DNA of 57,369 bases, filler included, from Sphacelaria rigidula (taxonomy: Eukaryota), in assembly GCA_964200075.2 (NCBI GenBank). It is 5 parts of 5 records of this genome, joined end to end, with 100 filler letters (N's around TTAATTAATTAA, not from the genome) between each part and the next. Parts side by side here need not be neighbours in the genome. Positions count along the whole stretch, not along the records: positions 1 to 11,396 come from CAXNAA020004970.1; 4 more parts are not named here. One strand, given 5' to 3'. The notes beneath the pieces were generated by a model that worked only from the letters and a program-made list of their open reading frames with translations, made no database searches and was not told where the DNA came from. Both the position numbers and the translations under genes were made by a program. Below are positions 1 to 11,496 of the stretch, one piece after another (the first letter of the stretch is position 1; each line of letters begins with the position of its first letter).

Positions 1-139
1 GCAGACTAGGCTCCTCTCTCTGGGGTGATGCAAAGTGTCCGAGACGTATGCTGGCGATTTTCCCTGTTTGGGGGTCAAAAAGTGGCTCAAATGTACCAAA
101 AGTGAACAATCCGTGGGCCAAAAATCTGTTTGCCATAAC

Positions 140-800
140 ATCCAGCCTTAGACCACGAAACTTTGCAAAAATGTATGAGTCATCACGCAAGTTTAGTTCA
201 ACAATGTTTTTCTCCTTGCATTTTTTACCGTTATTCGAAGGTCCGACGGGATCCAAGTCGTTTTTTCGAAGTCGTCCATTCTGGGTCCCCGGAAAACCGG
301 CACTACGATTTTTTTTTCAATTTTTTCGAAAACGCCCTGTCGCCTCAAAACCCAAGGAAAAGCCCCACAAAGGTTCGTGACCAAACGCGATAAAGTGATG
401 CTTGAATTTTCATGTTCAAGTCAAAGAAGGCCCCCAAAACGCTTTTCACACTAAAATCTAGTAGTTGGCGGTCTCACCGTGACACGGCGAGGTTCATCGC
501 ACAAACGCGAAAAACTTCATGCCGTTTCAAGGAGTTAGACCCTGAAGGTTTGCACAGGTGTTTTATGGTTCATTACGCAACGTTTGAATGAACGAGGTTT
601 CCGATTGTTGTCGTTATTACCGTTTTACGTGGGTCCGACTGGACCAAAGTTTCCCCCAAAAAACTGGGACCCCTGAAAAACGGCGAAAAAAGTGAAACAT
701 TAACATAACACTCGACCTTGGAAAGTTGCGTCATGACCCATAAAACACTTGTGCAAATTTCAGGGTCATACTCCTTGACCTTTTTGGGACGGACCCCCCA
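140..800. repeat. Subterminal repeat array with inverted repeat, probable DNA-transposon end
   Basis: 527-585 (TCAAGGAGTTAGACCCTGAAGGTTTGCACAGGTG...) is inverted against 722-778; a further direct degenerate copy lies at about 145-195. Confidence 0.6.
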
Positions 801-1189
801 CTAACACAGGCTTGACCCTGCGTTGGTGAAACAATTAAGAACAAGTCTTCGAGCGACCAGACCCGAACGGCCAGCGCGGGGATTGTTGGCGAGTGTGACG
901 CCACTGCGAAGATCGTGTGGGGGCCCTATCCCTGGCCCAGATAAGCCTTCCCAGGTTTCCAAGTGAAGGGCGGTCGGAACTTGGTTATATGATATCACTT
1001 GCACTCAGTACAGCGTTCCCGAGTTTTCCGGTGTTTTTTTTGGCTCATAATTTAATACTAAAACGTAGTAATTACACAAACACAAGGTCGACCGGAAACA
1101 AGGGGAAGGAGTGTACATGCTACAATGTGGTCATTTTCACGAAGCACTAAACCCAGGTGGGCCGTGGAAAGACAAGAGGAGCTGCCGTC

Positions 1190-1550
1190 ATGAATTCTGC
1201 TTGTGCAGTTGACATGCATGTAGTGGGCGGGGATGAAGAAGCGGTATATAGGCAGTTGATCTCGGTAGCCGAGAATTGCCCAGAACGTGCAAGGGGGTAT
1301 GCAGGGGCAGCTGCTGCTTCAGTCGGAGAGGCGTACTACACTGTACTATACTGTCTGTTGTATGCATGTGCCCCGCAACGCTGATATCCTTGCGAAGCGA
1401 ATTTGCCGTATGCAACAAAGGGGGAAATGGGGGCCCACCCCGACCACAAAGGGCTGTGGGACAAGATGATGAGGACAAAAGTATCATCCAAAGCCACAAG
1501 TGACGGGCGGCCCGCCGGTCTCCGCATCATGTCGGAAGCTCTCTACCGTA
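1190..1550 (+). pseudogene. Possible Academ-like transposase core remnant
   Basis: HVVGGDEEAVYRQLISVAENCPER...VGEAY resembles V.T.DQ.LY...I....PE...G.FH; GLWDKM...LRIMSEALYR resembles SGL......R....EAL.R; frameshifted. Confidence 0.3.
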
Positions 1551-4500
1551 ACCCATGCTGCTTGCTAAATCAGATGTGCACCGCCCAATGCGCTGCACCT
1601 GAAAATGAAAAAGATGAAACTTTCGGTCTTCATCATAACCCTGTGGTTACATACGCGGATTTTCAGCAACACGCCACTGTTTCGCTTAGACGCCAGACAC
1701 GTCATTCCTGACCAGCCTCATTGGTCGTTCTGGACGCCCGGTCCCAAAAGGGTTCAAGCGGCGTGAAGTTTTGCCGATGAGTGTTTTTTGGGTCTTCTCG
1801 ATGAACCAGCCTGTAGGGTAGCTAGCCAAAAGATACTGGTCTCTCGCAAGATCCTGCTACGAGTACAGTGGTCCAAAATTGTCGACGCGATCTTTGATCG
1901 ACATAATTTTCGACGGCTTGTCCGATGGTGGCTTTGCTATAAAAGGTTTCAAGGAATCAAGGGTTGGTTGCAGTTAATTCTGGTCAATTAACTTCGTGCT
2001 GAGTGCGCAGTAGTGTTACAGTTGTAGCACCGCCCACAAGGGAGAGGCTCGGTTGAGCTTGACTATGCGAGTTATTACGAACCGTGTGGTACTCGCACAG
2101 TAGTGCAACATTGTCGACCCAAGTATATCTTTGCAGCTGCACCGTCGAAAACTTCGCCTGTGTTCTATTCGCCACAGGGCAAGCACTGGCGAGAATACTG
2201 GCTCAAACAGTACAGTGTTGCGCCGAAAAACGAAAAACGAAACAGAACCCGACCTCTTTTCACCCCGGTAGGCACGCACACACGGCGCAACCCCAGATTC
2301 AGCAACATGAGGTTGTTGCCTGTGCTATACATGACATGCGGCCGAAGTTTTAGCGCGTAGAAGCGCTGACAGCGCGTGCACGGCCGTACCTCCTGAAGTG
2401 AGAATCTCTACAGGAGATACGAAGATGAGTACCGCGAAAAATGTTATCATCCAGAATGTGTCCCAATACAGATCGATGTTTCTTTGCCGGCGCAGAAGCC
2501 GGCCAGTAAGTCATGACGAGGAAGCGAGCGCACTCGCGCATCAACACATGCATCCACGGACGTCTCACGCAGTCTGGGCGGCGGAGAGGCCTTGTTGAGA
2601 GCGTATCGACGGTATTGCCCAGAATCCGTATTCGCTTTGTGCTTCTTGCGCACACCCCAACACGTGCCGCCGAACGGGGTATATGCTGCATGTGTTGTGC
2701 TCTACCCCTGTGCCAAGTGTCAAGCCGGTTGGTTCGGACACGGTGGCGAAATCCATAAAGTAACGCTTCTAAAGTGAAAAATGCAGTACTGAACCTGCGA
2801 AAGATACATGAGGTGCGGTTACGCCGCATATCACCGATGCGGTGAGCTACCGTCAAACTACCCGCACCCCTTCGGCGACCCACCACCGAGTACGATGACA
2901 ACAAGTGCAGGGTCCGCGAGCGCGTCGCGTCTTGGGTGATGTACCTCACCCTCAGATGCTTTCTCGTTTCAACGTTGTCTGCAGCACAAAACACTGCGGA
3001 CTGAGGTATCGCGCAGATGCCAAGTGGCGCGCGTGTGTGGATTTGTGTCAACGCGGATGGTGCAGTCGATGCTTGCACATAATTCGGGGTTAACAAACGC
3101 CTACTTTCTTATTTCTTCGTTGTATTCACGGAAAATATCTCGGTTTGACCACTCCTGGCGTGTAAAAAAAGACTTGTTGAAAATTGCCTTGTTGGCCCTT
3201 CCCTGTCGTATTTCGCCCGAAAATGAGGTTTAGACGGATGTTGACACCTCGGAATGATTTGATCTGTTCGTTGATACCGTTCCACGGCACTTTTCCCGTT
3301 TTCCCTGTGTCACGGTTCTATTTGTGGCCGAACTTGCAATCTTAGTACAGTAACAAGCGGTCGACACATATAAAAAAAACGAAACATTTTTTTTTTTTTT
3401 TCGTTTTATACGTTGATCGGTTGTTACTGTATTGAAATTGCAAGTTCGGTCGTTAACGAAACTGCCACGTACAGAAAACGCGAAGGTGCTCTGTTTTTTT
3501 GTTCTTGTGACGTGACCGCCCCTGTCATTGAGAATGCAGGTTCGGCCGAACGAAAGTGTTGTGGGGATTATCAAGGTGCTCTGGAACGGCGCCGACGAGT
3601 AAAGCTCGTCATTCCGAGGTGCCAACATCCGCCCATCTCTCTTTTCGGGCGAAAACCGGCGGAAAACGCCATAAAAGCCCTTGCCAACAACATATATTAT
3701 TCTACACATAACAAGTGGCCTTGGAATCGGGACTTCACAGTAGGACTTTCGTCAGACTTTGCAAAAAAGAAAACTGTAGGCATGTCGGTTATTACAGTCC
3801 TGCGATAACGAAAACATGTGTAGAGATCAACGCCGACAGAAGGCAGTCATAGCGTGCTTTTCCAGCTGGTACCAGCCCCGTTATGGTCGGGACCTTCACT
3901 GCATACGTCTCCGAAATTTACAACGAAAACAAAATCAAAGCCAGAACAATACTGTGATATTGCATCGCAACAGATCAGGTCACTGATACATTTTTGAGGG
4001 ACTGAAAACGGATGACTTTCGCAATCTAGCGCCGAAATTAGTTTTTGTTCCACTGAGTAACATATTTGGAGAAGTCTACACAAGAGCCGGTATCTCTTTC
4101 AAACAAAACGCACAGTATATCCGGAGGAAGTACCTGTCATCAACACTCAATACCCTCATGTTATGACAACTGTATGCTTCATAGCGGCGGAAAGTTCAGG
4201 CCGTAAAACCGTCCGAGGAAATTTCGATCGCCGACATCAAAACGGACGATGCGTCGGCGTCGTTCGATACCCAACTAATCGTCGCACTTTCTATGGAAAA
4301 CAACCGAGAGGATATCGCGCCCATCGAACCCTCCACCGCTGTCGCCGAGGGCACATCTACATTTATTGCTCGGAGACATCAAGCGCATAATGTGAACGAC
4401 AACCGATCCTTTAATGGCCCAAGATTACATTCTACAGTGTACATAGTCTTCATCCATCCACACTGTAACCCGTGGCAGCCTCACACTCGGGGTTCGCCGT

Positions 4501-5369
4501 TGGTGCACCTGAGGAGAAACGAAGCGCGCACGGTGACAAATAGACGTACAGTGGGTCAACGAGATTGAGTCGTGTTCCATTCGTGTACGGGGGGGGGGGG
4601 GGGGCATAAATCACCCTAGCATGGGAAATAGGCCGTGGCCGCCGCGCAGCACACTGATCAACAAAACCCGGATGAAACACCCNNNNNNNNNNGGTGCAAG
4701 CAATGGGCGAGGAGCGTGGGCGGGGCGGCGGAAAGGGGGGCGGGCGCAGGAGCAAGTGCCATACATCACCCTAGCATGGGAAATAGGACGTCGTCGCCGC
4801 GCAGCATACTGATCAGCATAAACCGGATGCAACATGCTCGCGAATTTCCCACGAGATCCAGTTTTCCGTTGCTCACACAATGGCAGCTTCAATCATCTTG
4901 TAGAGCCACATTGTGCTCCCCTTGTCCAACAAAACCCCAGATTGCAACACTAAATTTACTCCAACCCCTCCGCAGCCCCATCCATCCAAAATAATACCCC
5001 GGAGTATCAAACATGATCATTATTCTTCGAGATTGCGGTCGATGTACGGGTATGAGGACGATACTAAACGAAAAGGGAAAACGGCGGATAACTCTCGGCG
5101 CGAACCTGCTTCGCCGAATCTCTTGGTATCATACCTGTGCGTTGACCACCCTCACGCATCGATCACCCGTTCCGAGTATTATCCCACTACGTGCTGGCCC
5201 GCGTCTCCGAAGCACATGACTTCTCCAATGGGATGCCACGATGACACTCACAGTCTTCACCCGCACTCACCCCTGCTTCGTCGCCGCTGTCACCTCCGGA
5301 TTCCACTTCATCCGCCACCACTACTCCGAACCCTTCGCTAACCGGTACGCTTTGCGCGTCGATAGCCGG

Positions 5370-6698
5370 ATCGCACCGCCCCTTGCACCCGTACATTGTG
5401 GAGTGGTAATCCTTCCCCAGCTTCGCGCACTTGTAGCTGCGTTTGCACCTATCTTTCTCGGCCGCCGATAGGTTGAACCCGCACAGAAGACGGTTGATCT
5501 TCCCCATGGGATCAATGCGTGCGTGCGTTCTCAGACATCGTATTCCAGCCGCGATTGGTTGAAGTCCACGTCCGATGGACATTGCCATCCCCCCCATCCA
5601 ATATTCTAACACAGCTCCAGCTCGCTGCGCTTGGAAGCGAAGGGCATCCGCGGGCGGCACGAGGTCTGTTGGCTTCCTACCGCCCAACTTTCACCTCGAA
5701 AATCTGACCCAATCCACGAAAAGTGTAATGTCTGCCCCCGCCAGTTCGTGCAGGATTTACTTTGCGCTGGTGCCGGCCGATTCCTGAGCCAGGAGCAACT
5801 CCATCACGGTGTCAGCAGGCACGGCATGTTCCTGCGCATTCGGCGGAGTCTGGTGCAGATTATCCTGCTGCCGCGAGCTGGATATCTGCGAGACTTCCGG
5901 GCGCCACCTGCTGTCGGTGGTGATGACGGCGGCGATGAAAAAATCGAGGGGGGTTGGCCACGGCGATGGTATGGAGATAGTCGAGTGTGTGCTGGACATG
6001 ACCTCTGTGCGTTGCGTTCTGTCGAACATGCATGGGGGCGTTTCTTGCATGTGACCATTCCTCCCTGAACACCACCCACACCGGGCACATGACCTGAGAT
6101 AACCGTAGGCAGAATTACACGACATCTACCCACCCCTCCGCGAACGTTGCAAGCGCCTGCCACTTGGAATGGGAAATACGCGGGCTTCTACCGTGGTTAA
6201 GAGGAGCATCTACGAATATCCATCCGCCCTTGGGCGGAGTACATGGTACATGATGGAAGCTGAAAAATATAAGGTTATAGTCGATGTGATGAGACATATT
6301 CGGGATATCTCACCGGTGTCCCAGGGGTGCGTGTGTTGTCCTTCGTGAAAGAGCTGGCCTATCGCCCTGGGATCCCCACGGCGCGTGTCCATTCTCACAG
6401 AGCTGCGAAAAAGCGGCACGATGATGTAGGCAGGCACGGTTGCGCGATCGAGTGCGACTGTCAACATCACCCATGTAGTGCCGATCCGTCTCCGCCGCTC
6501 AACTGCCTACATACATGGACATTCAGCATGTATTGTACCCGCCGTGACCCCCACATGAACGACGCAGAAAGCCGGTGATTCCTTGGGGAACATTGGAGGC
6601 GACATGTTTGCGCCCAAGAGTAACAGCGTGAAGATAATGTAGGGCCTGAACCATCGTTGGACACAGGCGTGCTGCGCGCGTGGGGGGCACCCCCATTG
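5370..6698 (-). pseudogene. Academ(X)-like transposase C-terminal remnant (XPG/PIN-like region plus Cys-rich CxC tail)
   Basis: Ordered motifs NGGA (DGGA), LTVALDR..RRG, NH(V)EA (needs a 1-nt shift), HELAGADIT (HALSGCDTT), LVPPADALRFQAQRA..W (LPPT.DAL..H..RA..W) and LLCG..DRCKRSYKCAKLG..GCKGRC; stops and frameshifts present. Confidence 0.6.
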
Positions 6699-6777
6699 AA
6701 CATCAGACAATACTATACAAAGGGGTGTCCGCAAAAACGAGATTCAACTCCAAGACAGTGCTTTCCCCACACCTACA

Positions 6778-7327
6778 TTTGATTCGATTTGATGGATTGA
6801 TTGATTGTCGCACTTTGACTGACCCCCCAGGGATCCAGCCGTGGTCACATCATAGACGTACCCGAGACAAGACAAAACTGGAACACTTGCTGAAGACAGA
6901 GAAGGCACAGAAAAGGTAGAACGGGACAACATACTGTTGTAGACTAAGGCCGCTGCTTGTAACAGACAAAAATAAAAATCTGGAAAAGTGCCTTTTTGGA
7001 GCGTCTGAAAAGAAAACAAATAATAAAAAGGAGAAGAAAACAAAAGAAAACAAAAGAGAATAAGGAAATGGCCGGTCTCTGCCACATGGCTTCGGGGTAC
7101 AAGGTCTTGCGCAAAACCACACTCATACCGAGTCGTAGAAAACAGAAGGCCGTGGGAAGGAAAACACTGCAGTTCATCTACTACAAACGCTTTATATTGG
7201 GTATGGACCCTCTTATTCACGAAGAAACACAATGAAAAGGGGTACCACACTGCTTTGCCATACGCCGGTCAGGAGAGAATACATATATAGCGAGAAAGAT
7301 GGGGAAAAGGGAGAACAGGGAAGGAGA
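6778..7327 (-). mobile_element. 5'-truncated non-LTR retroposon (LINE/SINE) 3' end
   Basis: Minus strand ends CCACGGCTGGATCCCT...TCAGTCAA...(ATCA)n; flanked by CTACA direct repeats (6773-6777, 7328-7332); similar tail at about 55610-55681. Confidence 0.65.
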
Positions 7328-7594
7328 CTACAGAAGAACTCAGTGACTTTTTTTATGTTTGGCATCACGCTCCTCAATCGCGTATATACTTTTCTAGAGC
7401 GTTTTACCGACTCTTGTGAGTTTCCATCGTTAAGCGGAACCCTCATTGGTTTCGTTGATTTATTTGGGGGGGGTGGTATCAGGGGTAGGCGAGGGTTTTG
7501 TTCAGTGGTGGAAGCTCACAGAATCGGTAAAACGCCCTGAAGAACTATGTACGCGATTGAGGAGCATGGTGCCGACATGAAAAAGTCGCTGTGA

Positions 7595-8849
7595 GGCTAC
7601 TTCTTGTGTATTGAAAAAACATGTTATCAGAAAAGCCCTTCTTCAACAACACGTTTTTCAACATAACTTTTCAAAGTAGCCCTTCTTACGTGATCGACGC
7701 ACTATCAACATTGAAAACGCAGTGTTCATCGTCTTCTATGAGGTGTGCAGGCATGATTTCAAATTCTGGGGCGCGCGAGAGAGACGCAGCACTCTGCTGT
7801 CCTGTCGTGGTGTACGGTCCGTACTGACTGTCTGTACTACTGTGATACATTGCTTGAGCAATACATGGTGGACTGCGTGACGCAAGCCATCAATAAGAAC
7901 ACCGCCTTGCTGCACCAACTGACTGTAGAAGTGACGGTTGTGCTTTTCTACTGCACGGTAGTACTTGACTGAGAGGACAACACGGACAACAGCACACACA
8001 ACAGTGCTCTATTGCATGCATCGGCTGTAGTACTGCAACAGTAGCACTGTTCATAGTCTTGTGTCTACTGTCAGTACGGTCCTGTATCTACAAGGCTTGG
8101 GTGCGTAGGCAGCCCGTAGTGCAAAGCGACGTCTGTTCGCAACACGCTGCATGCACAGATCTCAACTAAGCTGCAAGTTCGCTGCACTGTAGTACTCCGT
8201 TGTACGGGCAGCACAGACAACAGTACAGACACCACTGTTGTGTTGTATGCGGTGGATGTACTACAGTAGTGGCACCACCTATCTCATAGTCTTGTGTGTA
8301 CTGTCAGTCCGGCCCTGTCTCTACAAGGCTTGGGTGCGTGGACAGTCTGTAAAGCATTGCGACGGCTGTTCGCAACACGCTGCGTGCACAGACATGAACT
8401 GAGCTACAATATTGTACTGACGACATACAGCATAGACTGTCCTGTTTGTACAGCAGTCGTCATCGACCCTGCCCTCTGTTGTTCTCATGGGGTGAAGGGC
8501 CACCACGCTACTAGCGGGCGAAGGGCAATGATACAACGCACTGATTGCCCGCGAGCGCCAGCGATAGCAGTAGTAGTGATGGCAGCCAAGCTATCACAGG
8601 TCCTGTCGTGGGCTGTATTGTGTGTTCAAACGTGTTCAAACGGGGTTCAAACGCTTTTTCGATAAATTTTTTCGATAGCTAGAGGTTGTCGGAAATCCTG
8701 ATTTTCTGATAAATTTGGGCGATCGAAAATGTTATCAGAAAAAATTCTATCAGAAAACGCGTTTTCTGATCACATAATAAGTGGGTTTTTGGTGATTTAT
8801 CAGAAGACGCGTTTTCTTATGAAGGTTTTGTAATTAATAAGAAGTAGCC
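7595..8849. mobile_element. PIF/Harbinger-type non-autonomous element
   Basis: TIR GGCTACTTCTT / AAGAAGTAGCC; 3-bp flanks TGA/TAA; subterminal TATCAGAAAA motifs at both ends. Confidence 0.65.
8051..8410 (+). repeat. Internal tandem duplication, 233-bp offset
   Basis: TCATAGTCTTGTGT...CTACAAGGCTTGGGTGCGT...GTTCGCAACACGCTGC at 8051 and 8284. Confidence 0.85.
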
Positions 8850-8923
8850 TAAGTGTGGGGAAAGCACATTTTAGGGCTAGAGCCTCATTTTTTAGACCAA
8901 CCTCATGTCTACGATCGGCTGTT

Positions 8924-9700
8924 ATTAAGATGGACGTGGGGACACGTTGATATCATGCCCCACCCCTCCAGACTGCGTTCCCACCACGAAAACAGCCGGC
9001 ATGAAGACAGGCTTCATATAACAGCTGCCCAACCAATGTGGACTGGCGCCAGAACACTGGTGGTTAACTCGTCCGCTGCATGTGTGCTTGGACAGTCGAA
9101 CATTACAGCAAGCAGCAATCATGGTACACCCCTCCAGGCTGCACGGCACAGGCGCTGCAAATAAGACGGGCGGATCGGGGTGCAACGCGTGTTGCAGCCC
9201 GAAGGCGATGGTGTGGGCGTGTGTGGTCACCCTTCGACGTGCCATGAAGGTGTCCATGTCGAGTGCAGTGTACAGCATTGTAGCGAACAGCACGCTACAG
9301 TACGCTTTTGTGTATACAGGTACTCGAGGACAGTATGTTACGGTACAGTGAGTGCAGCCCAAAACGTACCGTACGGCAAATACAGGACAACTAAGTACTG
9401 TACAGTAATTTCAGTACAGCAAGTACAGAAGCGTACAGCGGTGCATGGCAGTGTATGTATTGGAGCTCATGAAGAAACTGGTGCACTCGACGAACTTCAG
9501 ATCGTTCAACTTCACCACCAGGGATGCCTGCGGATCATCGTGTCGTGTTTCCCACGCACCAAACCGTTCGACGCAGTTCTTTCCCCGATGGAATCTATAC
9601 ATTATGGGCAACACCGTACGCGTGCCGCAGATCCGGCTGGTTCTACGTGGCCGACACACATCGACATGCCATTGTGCCCGCAGCACACGAGTACACAGCA
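8924..9700 (-). pseudogene. Upstream part of the same Academ-like transposase remnant
   Basis: RGKNCVERF..KLNDLKF and FGLQHALHPDPPVLF (cf. F.HEL.P.PPSLF); joins 6694 to read HVHLNGGAPH when the foldback and one TSD copy are removed. Confidence 0.55.
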
Positions 9701-10453
9701 ACGCTATTTATACCACCCAACGCGTTAATTGGTCCCCTAAACGTCATCTTTCCAGCCAGGGATCAGCCCCGATGCTTCCGCTTTGAACACAGCTTCCCAG
9801 CGGTGTCCCGTGTTGGACCGGCACTCCTTCGTGGGGAGCTCCCCGGTCGTGTGAAGTACGTTTACTTTGCGGCTAGTTCCACCCGAAATGTTTCACTATG
9901 ATTCTTGTATGCGGGCATTTTCGTATTTTCGATTTTATCTATTTTGGTGCAACACTGCGAAGGTAACATATTTCGGTGTCTATGCAAAGGTCATTCTTCA
10001 TTCATTCCGGTGTGCAATCCATGTTCGATCCAGAACTCACTCTTCACTGGCGACAGTGTACTGAGATGCCACATATAGTCGCCCTTCAAGAGCAGCTATT
10101 GTGACCTCACTGCCATGCATACATGAAAAACAAATGCGATACTTGCAGAAATGTGACGGTGTCTAGCTCAGGGTTTTGATTCCCAAAAATATTCACTGAC
10201 GGGACTCGAGGACGTAACAGCTATGGCAGCTATTTTAGAACAGCTGTATGGGACAGTTTGAATTGCTTCGGATCGGTGTCTGTGCGAAGAGCTATCGTTC
10301 ATAGCGTGGGTTCGATCATTAAGAGGTGAAAATGCGGCAATTCCAAGTTGATACAAACCCAAGTTACCAATATGCCCCATTCCTAGTCGGCTGTTGTAAC
10401 TTGATTTTGGCTGCGCGTTTTTTCCTTGCGTAGCTGCACGGTTGCGCAACCTC

Positions 10454-10477
10454 TGTTGTTGTTGTTGTTGTTGTTGT
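10454..10477. repeat. (TGT)n microsatellite, possible retroposon (ACA)n tail on minus strand
   Basis: Run of about 8 TGT units. Confidence 0.7.
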
Positions 10478-11396
10478 CTTCACATTAAAAGCCGTTCCGA
10501 TATCTGCGCGGTACATTGGTACTGGGCATCTTATGCGGACGCCTTCCGTGGTCACAGGCTATACGCAGGAATTTCCTTACGAGGCGCGGGTACAGTGCAA
10601 TCGCGAGTACAGTACGGACCCGCTGATAAGATATCGGCTCAACATCATGTAAGGCTCAGAAGTGACGTGTCGAGACACCCCCAAGAAAAAAAACGGGGGG
10701 CACGAATAAAAAACGGCGAAGTCTATGGTTCCCACAGAAACACGGGCACCTCACAAGGATGCGGTACAATAGGAAACTGCATCCCCCCGTCTTTCCGTGC
10801 ACCGTGGGTCGGAGGGACCACATTACTCTAGACCGCGGGCCTGAGAATCTCTTTGTGTGATACAATCTCTTGTTTATCCCATACTGAAGATGCGAGCTGT
10901 TCCGTTGACCGCGTTGCCGCACGTATGTATCCGTTGTGTTGCGAATCGGTTTCGCGGCAACATGTCTCTCCAGTGAACTCATGGGCTACCCCGTCTGCCG
11001 GCATTTCTTGCTCGAACAACAACAAACGTCGCGAAAACGTCGGTCGGGAGTGACGCGCGATGAATGAATCCCCTCCAGTTGTCGCGCGACGACCCCGTCA
11101 CTCGTTTCGACGCTTCACCTGGTTGTCGATCGGATACACTTACGGTAGCTGTGTACTGGAAACATGCAATGTGGCGGAGGAGTGCCAACTTTTATAGCCC
11201 ATGTTACTTGAGATGCTGAAACTGCTGCTTTTTACGGGTGCTAGAGAAGCACCTCGAGATACAAGACCAAAACAAATGTATATAGAGAAAGGACGGCTGT
11301 GCGAAAATCGGGAAAGTGTTCGCCCCTCTCCCCCCCCCCCCCCCTCCGAGCCTTGTTCCGGCGGAACCCAGGCGTCCCCGCTACCGCTTTTGTGCG

Positions 11397-11496
11397 NNNN
11401 NNNNNNNNNNNNNNNNNNNNNNNNNNNNNNNNNNNNNNNNTTAATTAATTAANNNNNNNNNNNNNNNNNNNNNNNNNNNNNNNNNNNNNNNNNNNN
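11397..11496. other. Artificial scaffold-concatenation linker (N44-TTAATTAATTAA-N44)
   Basis: 100-nt spacer with stops in all six frames; identical design at four places. Confidence 0.97.

Larger units (their letters stand above)
6699..8923. mobile_element. Foldback/MITE (AACA...TGTT family), old copy carrying two nested insertions
   Basis: Arms homologous to the intact 37994-38407 element; central hairpin about 7339-7594; 4-bp flanks ATTG/ATTA; about 410 bp once inserts are removed. Confidence 0.75.

Noticed and set aside
821-1003. Possible solo copia LTR on minus strand (TGCAAGTGATATC...TTTCACCAACG)
   Set aside because: Short, imperfect terminus and flanks match only 3 of 5; not supportable
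2350-3096. 248-aa minus-strand ORF and most other short ORFs in the track
   Set aside because: No recognisable domain; they lie in decayed repeats or are shadow frames of the retroelements
4610-4840. Apparent 70-bp tandem duplication
   Set aside because: Straddles a 10-N gap beside a poly-G run; one copy looks like a low-quality read of the other
9460-9600. Resemblance of RGKNCVERF..LKFVECTSFFMSS to Polinton pPolB exonuclease
   Set aside because: Spacing is too short and no other PolB motifs are present; it fits better as part of the collinear Academ-like remnant
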